From IMG/VR virus record IMGVR_UViG_3300020215_000089, positions 1-42,235 of that record: a DNA stretch of 42,235 bases; one strand, 5' to 3'. The stretch comes from a virus. A program made the translations under genes and the position numbers. Shown here in pieces: positions 38,662 through 42,235 of the stretch. The stretch's first letter is position 1, and each line of letters begins with the position of its first letter. The notes below the pieces were generated by a model, which saw nothing but the letters and a program-made list of their open reading frames with translations, did not search any database and was not told where the DNA came from.

Positions 38662-39344
38662 GGTCGAAAGAGCCCTCCCGCGTTGTAGCCCACGTCTCCG
38701 CCAAGCTGAGCGCCAAGCCGCGCGCCCGCCAGACCCATCCCAGTAGGCGCAAGGGCCGCGCCAAGGCCCGCTCCGAGACCAATGCCAGCGATGCTGCCAA
38801 GAGCCCCGGCCCGCTGATTCCTACGCTGCTGGTTCAGGTAGTTCTGGTACATGTCGTTCATGTAGTTGCGGTCTTCGATCTGATACTTGCGCTGTCGCGT
38901 CTCATCTCGAAGCCCATAGGCCCGCTCCAGGGCTCCCTGGCCCTGCGCGGCGTAGCTGTTCTGAAGGTGGCTCAGGTTCTTGCCGTAGAAGTCAGCCAGG
39001 AGGGCTTGGCGGTTCTGGGCGAGCTGAGCCCCGGCAGAGGCAACCTGGGCCGATTGGGCCGACGTGACCGGCCGTCCAAGGGAGGCGAATTGGGAGTTAG
39101 AGGCCGCCGCCGCACGGCCCAGAATGTCCTGGTCGGAGGCGGCCAAGCGAGCCCCAAGCCGGTCGGTGTTCTGCTCCATTAGCTTGCTCTGGAACTCGGG
39201 GAGCTGCTGGGCGATTAGGCTGGCCTCATACTCACCAATCCCGCCTTCATCGAGAAACTTGCCGATATAGGCCAACTCCTGCGGGGTAGGTGTACGCCCA
39301 AGCGTCTGCTTCCACAAATTCGCGACTGCGTTTAAATCAGCCAT
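38658..39344 (-). CDS. Internal virion-like protein with C-terminal glycine-zipper
   Basis: 228 aa with GGAGGA upstream and a C-terminal GALGSIAGIGLGAGLGAALAPTGMGLAGARLGAQLGG. Confidence 0.45.
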   Translation of the reverse strand: MADLNAVANLWKQTLGRTPTPQELAYIGKFLDEGGIGEYEASLIAQQLPEFQSKLMEQNTDRLGARLAASDQDILGRAAAASNSQFASLGRPVTSAQSAQVASAGAQLAQNRQALLADFYGKNLSHLQNSYAAQGQGALERAYGLRDETRQRKYQIEDRNYMNDMYQNYLNQQRRNQRAGALGSIAGIGLGAGLGAALAPTGMGLAGARLGAQLGGDVGYNAGGLFRP

Positions 39345-39353
39345 GATTCCTCC

Positions 39354-42164
39354 TCACGGTCCTGTTACGTTCCAAGGCCACGACAGCCAGGTAATCCCGA
39401 GCCCCAACACCTCAAACGGGGTTGTCGAGTTGTTCCCGACTCTGAGCGACATAAAGTTTTGAGGCGACGTCTTTGGCAGATTGAAATTGCTCCGGGCGTA
39501 TGTGATGCCAGAGCCAGTAGACAGCGACACGGTGTAATCGCCCATCTCGCCGTTGGAGAATGTGTAGGTAGCGGTCAAACTCCCGGCCCCGTTATTGCGG
39601 CTGAGGAGAGAGACGTTTTTAAATTCTTTCTCAACGAATGGATTAGCCGAGCCGACATCCTTGCTCTGCCAGTAGGCGTTGATGGGCCGGCCGTCGTCTG
39701 AATCCACAAGGCCGTAGAGATTCCACGTCCCCGAAGACGCCGCCCCGAAATAGAGACTGTTATTGATGAGACGGGGAGCCTGGGCTTGGATCGAGAACGG
39801 GAACCACGCGCCCAAGCGACGGTCGAACTTGAGGAGGCGATTGGAGTAAGGCGCTCCATTAATCGTCGTCGTCCAGTAGATGGAGTCTTTAATCGAGTCG
39901 TAGACAGCCCAGGACGGCTGAGCGGGCGTGCCTTCATTCCAGGCGAGCGTGCAGGCGTCTACTTGGGCCTGGTCGGTGGCTGAGCCAAGGAGCGAGCGCC
40001 AGCCGATGTAAACGGCCGTATTGGTGGCAATCGTCACCGTCGCGTTGTTGGTAAGGCTCGTCTGCCACGTCAATGGAGCCGTCGCCGGGAGTGTTTCGCA
40101 CGTCGCGGCTGACGTGGCGTAGTAGACAATTGACCCGCTTCCCGCCGTCGTGTCGGCGCACGAGAGCGTCCCCCAAGACGAAATCGAGCTGTTGGGCTGG
40201 ATGCACCGAGTAACGAACTGACCCGTCGTGACGAAAACTAGGGAGGTGGTAGAAACCGACGGCGATTCAATGAGGCTGGTAAACGTGTACGTCGCTCGAT
40301 ATTGCGCGTAGCGGTTAGCCGTTACCGACCCAACGGCAATTCCCCCGTTGGCAATCGACTGGTAATAGCTCCACATATCGTCATTCGGAGACGACGAGAA
40401 GCGCACAGAGAAAGACATCGTGGCTCCAGCCTGGAGGCTTACAGCGGACGTGAACTGACCGTAGATTGACGCTGGGACCCCGGACTCTAAAACCCTGGAC
40501 GTAAATGTGGAAACGCTCCCAATGTCGGCTCGGCCAGTTGCGGCTACGCCGACTGCCGGATAAAGGAAGTCAAAGGAAGCAACCCCAGAGGTGTCCCCCG
40601 CCTCTGTGGCCCCACCCATGAAGGCGTAAGCCGTAGCCGAGTAGGCATTGGTCGCCGTGACAGACGCCTTAAAGACACCGTCCCTGTAGAAATACGTCGC
40701 CGGATGGGACGTGACGATGATTGTGAACGTCGAAAATGCCGTCTGGTCGCGGGCCTCGGAGAAAATCTGCACGCCATCCGAGAAATACTGGGTCGCGTTG
40801 TTTCGAATGATGACGTATGGGGCATTCCCCAGGACCCCAGTGCTGTCGGCCGCCGCCCCGACCATCGTGTACCCGTCGTTGTTGGCAGAGTGCCGCGCAT
40901 TGAAAACGAGAGACTTAGACTGGCTCGTGCTTCCCAAGGCGCGGACAACGCGGTAAGTGTCGTTGATCGAGATAAACGACTGCGTGTAAATCCCGTTGGT
41001 AACGGCCTGATTCGGGGCAGTACCGCCAACCGTCCCAACCGTCCAGCCATCGGAAAGCGGGAGAGTGTTCCCCTCAAAGCGGAACGTGTAGCTGCTGGTC
41101 ACGCCTGAAAACACAAAGGCGGGAGAAAGGTCAGACACCGTCGTGCTAGCGGGGAACATAGAACCCGGGATCGTGTTGAGGTTCCAGGTTCCAGTCGGGA
41201 ACTGCACGCCCGCCTGCCAATCGGCCTGGGTCGTTTGTGTGTTCGAGTTTTCCCCACCGCCCAACCCTCCTGACTGGCTCTTAACAAGGTTGGGGATCTT
41301 GGCTGAGATTTGGCGCAGCGCCCCGCCGCACAGCTCCCAATAGTTCTTGTCCTGGGCGCGGAAGTAGAGGCAGTTTCCGGCCGTCGTGATTGACCCCGGG
41401 TCGGTCGTGCCGATGTTGGGCGACAGGATCGAGCATCGCGTGGTGTACTGGTTGCCCAGCTCGCACGCAGAAATCGAAGCCGTCTTAAAGACGTAGAGGA
41501 TGCCGTCTAGGTGTTTGAGGCCGCGGACTTTGTCTCCCGGAGCCCCGAAGTCGTCAAAGTAGGAGTCCTCTGGGTTTACTCCAAGCGTAAAAGCCGTGTA
41601 GTTGCCGGCCGAGGACAAATGGACCCTGTTGGGCTGGCCTGAGATGTCCCCCACGGCCAGACGGTCGCCGGTTAGCTCAAGGATAGACCCCTGCGGCATT
41701 CCCGGAGGACTGGTCCGGGTCGTGCCGTCATAGGCCATGATCGGGTCGTATTTGTTATTGGCCCCGTAGAGGACTCCCCCAACGTCCACAAAGGACCATC
41801 GAGTTATTCCGGCCGCCGCCGTGGTCAGGAACGTCGAAAAGGCGTTTCCGTTGGTCGACTTGGCGCAATTGCGATCCTGGCAGACGATGTCTAACCGGTT
41901 ACCAGATGAGTCGATAAACGAATGGGAGCCCGTGACCGGCGATGTGGAAACGGTCAGGTCGGCGGTCTTGGAGAAGCCCTTGCGCTTGAGGATGGCCGAG
42001 CCCTCAAGGTTAGACTCGACGTTTAGAGCGTCTTGGGCGTCACAGTTGTTGAGCGTGGCCGGCGTGTCGGCGTCGTTTAAGCCGTGGAAGCAGGCGGACT
42101 GGTAGGCACCCTCCTGCGCCTGGGCCGAGCCGAGGAAAACCGCGAGGAGGAGGCTTAGGACCAA
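39354..42164 (-). CDS. Large tail protein, nozzle / tail tubular protein B analogue, with signal-peptide-like N-terminus
   Basis: 936 aa. The TTG start overlaps the stop of the adaptor-like gene across the junction. The N-terminus reads (M)VLSLLLAVFLGSAQA-QEG. The sequence looks beta-rich and is Cys-rich. Function is assigned by size and synteny. Confidence 0.5.
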   Translation of the reverse strand: MVLSLLLAVFLGSAQAQEGAYQSACFHGLNDADTPATLNNCDAQDALNVESNLEGSAILKRKGFSKTADLTVSTSPVTGSHSFIDSSGNRLDIVCQDRNCAKSTNGNAFSTFLTTAAAGITRWSFVDVGGVLYGANNKYDPIMAYDGTTRTSPPGMPQGSILELTGDRLAVGDISGQPNRVHLSSAGNYTAFTLGVNPEDSYFDDFGAPGDKVRGLKHLDGILYVFKTASISACELGNQYTTRCSILSPNIGTTDPGSITTAGNCLYFRAQDKNYWELCGGALRQISAKIPNLVKSQSGGLGGGENSNTQTTQADWQAGVQFPTGTWNLNTIPGSMFPASTTVSDLSPAFVFSGVTSSYTFRFEGNTLPLSDGWTVGTVGGTAPNQAVTNGIYTQSFISINDTYRVVRALGSTSQSKSLVFNARHSANNDGYTMVGAAADSTGVLGNAPYVIIRNNATQYFSDGVQIFSEARDQTAFSTFTIIVTSHPATYFYRDGVFKASVTATNAYSATAYAFMGGATEAGDTSGVASFDFLYPAVGVAATGRADIGSVSTFTSRVLESGVPASIYGQFTSAVSLQAGATMSFSVRFSSSPNDDMWSYYQSIANGGIAVGSVTANRYAQYRATYTFTSLIESPSVSTTSLVFVTTGQFVTRCIQPNSSISSWGTLSCADTTAGSGSIVYYATSAATCETLPATAPLTWQTSLTNNATVTIATNTAVYIGWRSLLGSATDQAQVDACTLAWNEGTPAQPSWAVYDSIKDSIYWTTTINGAPYSNRLLKFDRRLGAWFPFSIQAQAPRLINNSLYFGAASSGTWNLYGLVDSDDGRPINAYWQSKDVGSANPFVEKEFKNVSLLSRNNGAGSLTATYTFSNGEMGDYTVSLSTGSGITYARSNFNLPKTSPQNFMSLRVGNNSTTPFEVLGLGITWLSWPWNVTGP

Positions 42165-42235
42165 AGTCGCGTCCCCCGGATCGTGAATCCAGCCGAAGCC
42201 GTGTTCTTAAACGTGTCGATCGCACGATTCTTCCC
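42109..42235. repeat. Second copy of the terminal overlap (= 1-127)
   Basis: Identical by direct reading. Confidence 0.95.

Noticed and set aside
42040-42225. ORF 42040..42225 (61 aa) and other ORFs confined to the terminal copy.
   Set aside because: It is out of frame with the 936-aa gene, Arg/Pro-rich, and partly lies in the duplicated overlap.

Overview
This window is a complete, circularly closed genome of a high-GC temperate tailed phage. Bases 1-127 are identical to 42109-42235, giving a unique length of 42,108 bp. Almost all genes lie on the minus strand in long, translationally coupled operons with ATGA, GTGA or TAATG junctions. The late operon runs from 14666 down across the junction to about 33740. 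Its order is HNH endonuclease, TerS, TerL, portal, scaffold and major capsid protein. Next come two fibre-like paralogs, a SAM-methyltransferase, four glycosyltransferases and an adaptor-like protein. After the junction come a 936-aa nozzle-like protein, three Gly/Ala/Gln-rich internal-virion-like proteins, a short fibre-like protein, a lysis-like membrane/lipoprotein block and a DEDD exonuclease. The early/middle region (30247 down to 14856, minus strand) has an ERF recombinase, a NinG-like protein, a winged-helix protein, two DNA methyltransferases and a second HNH. It also holds an iteron-like array, two tRNA-like elements and many small Cys-rich or membrane ORFs, several under 60 aa and therefore absent from the ORF track. 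The plus-strand lysogeny module (30394-32710) has an RHH regulator, a lipoprotein, a membrane protein and a tyrosine integrase, followed by a candidate attP. The main points of interest are: (1) the glycosylation/methylation island inside the structural operon; (2) Sec/lipoprotein-type signal peptides on predicted virion proteins; (3) the tRNA-like elements, one with an insertion in its anticodon loop; (4) a back-to-back leaderless promoter pair with a perfect palindromic operator; and (5) a strand-skewed iteron array. All functional calls come from motifs I recognise by eye and from synteny. No database search was run.
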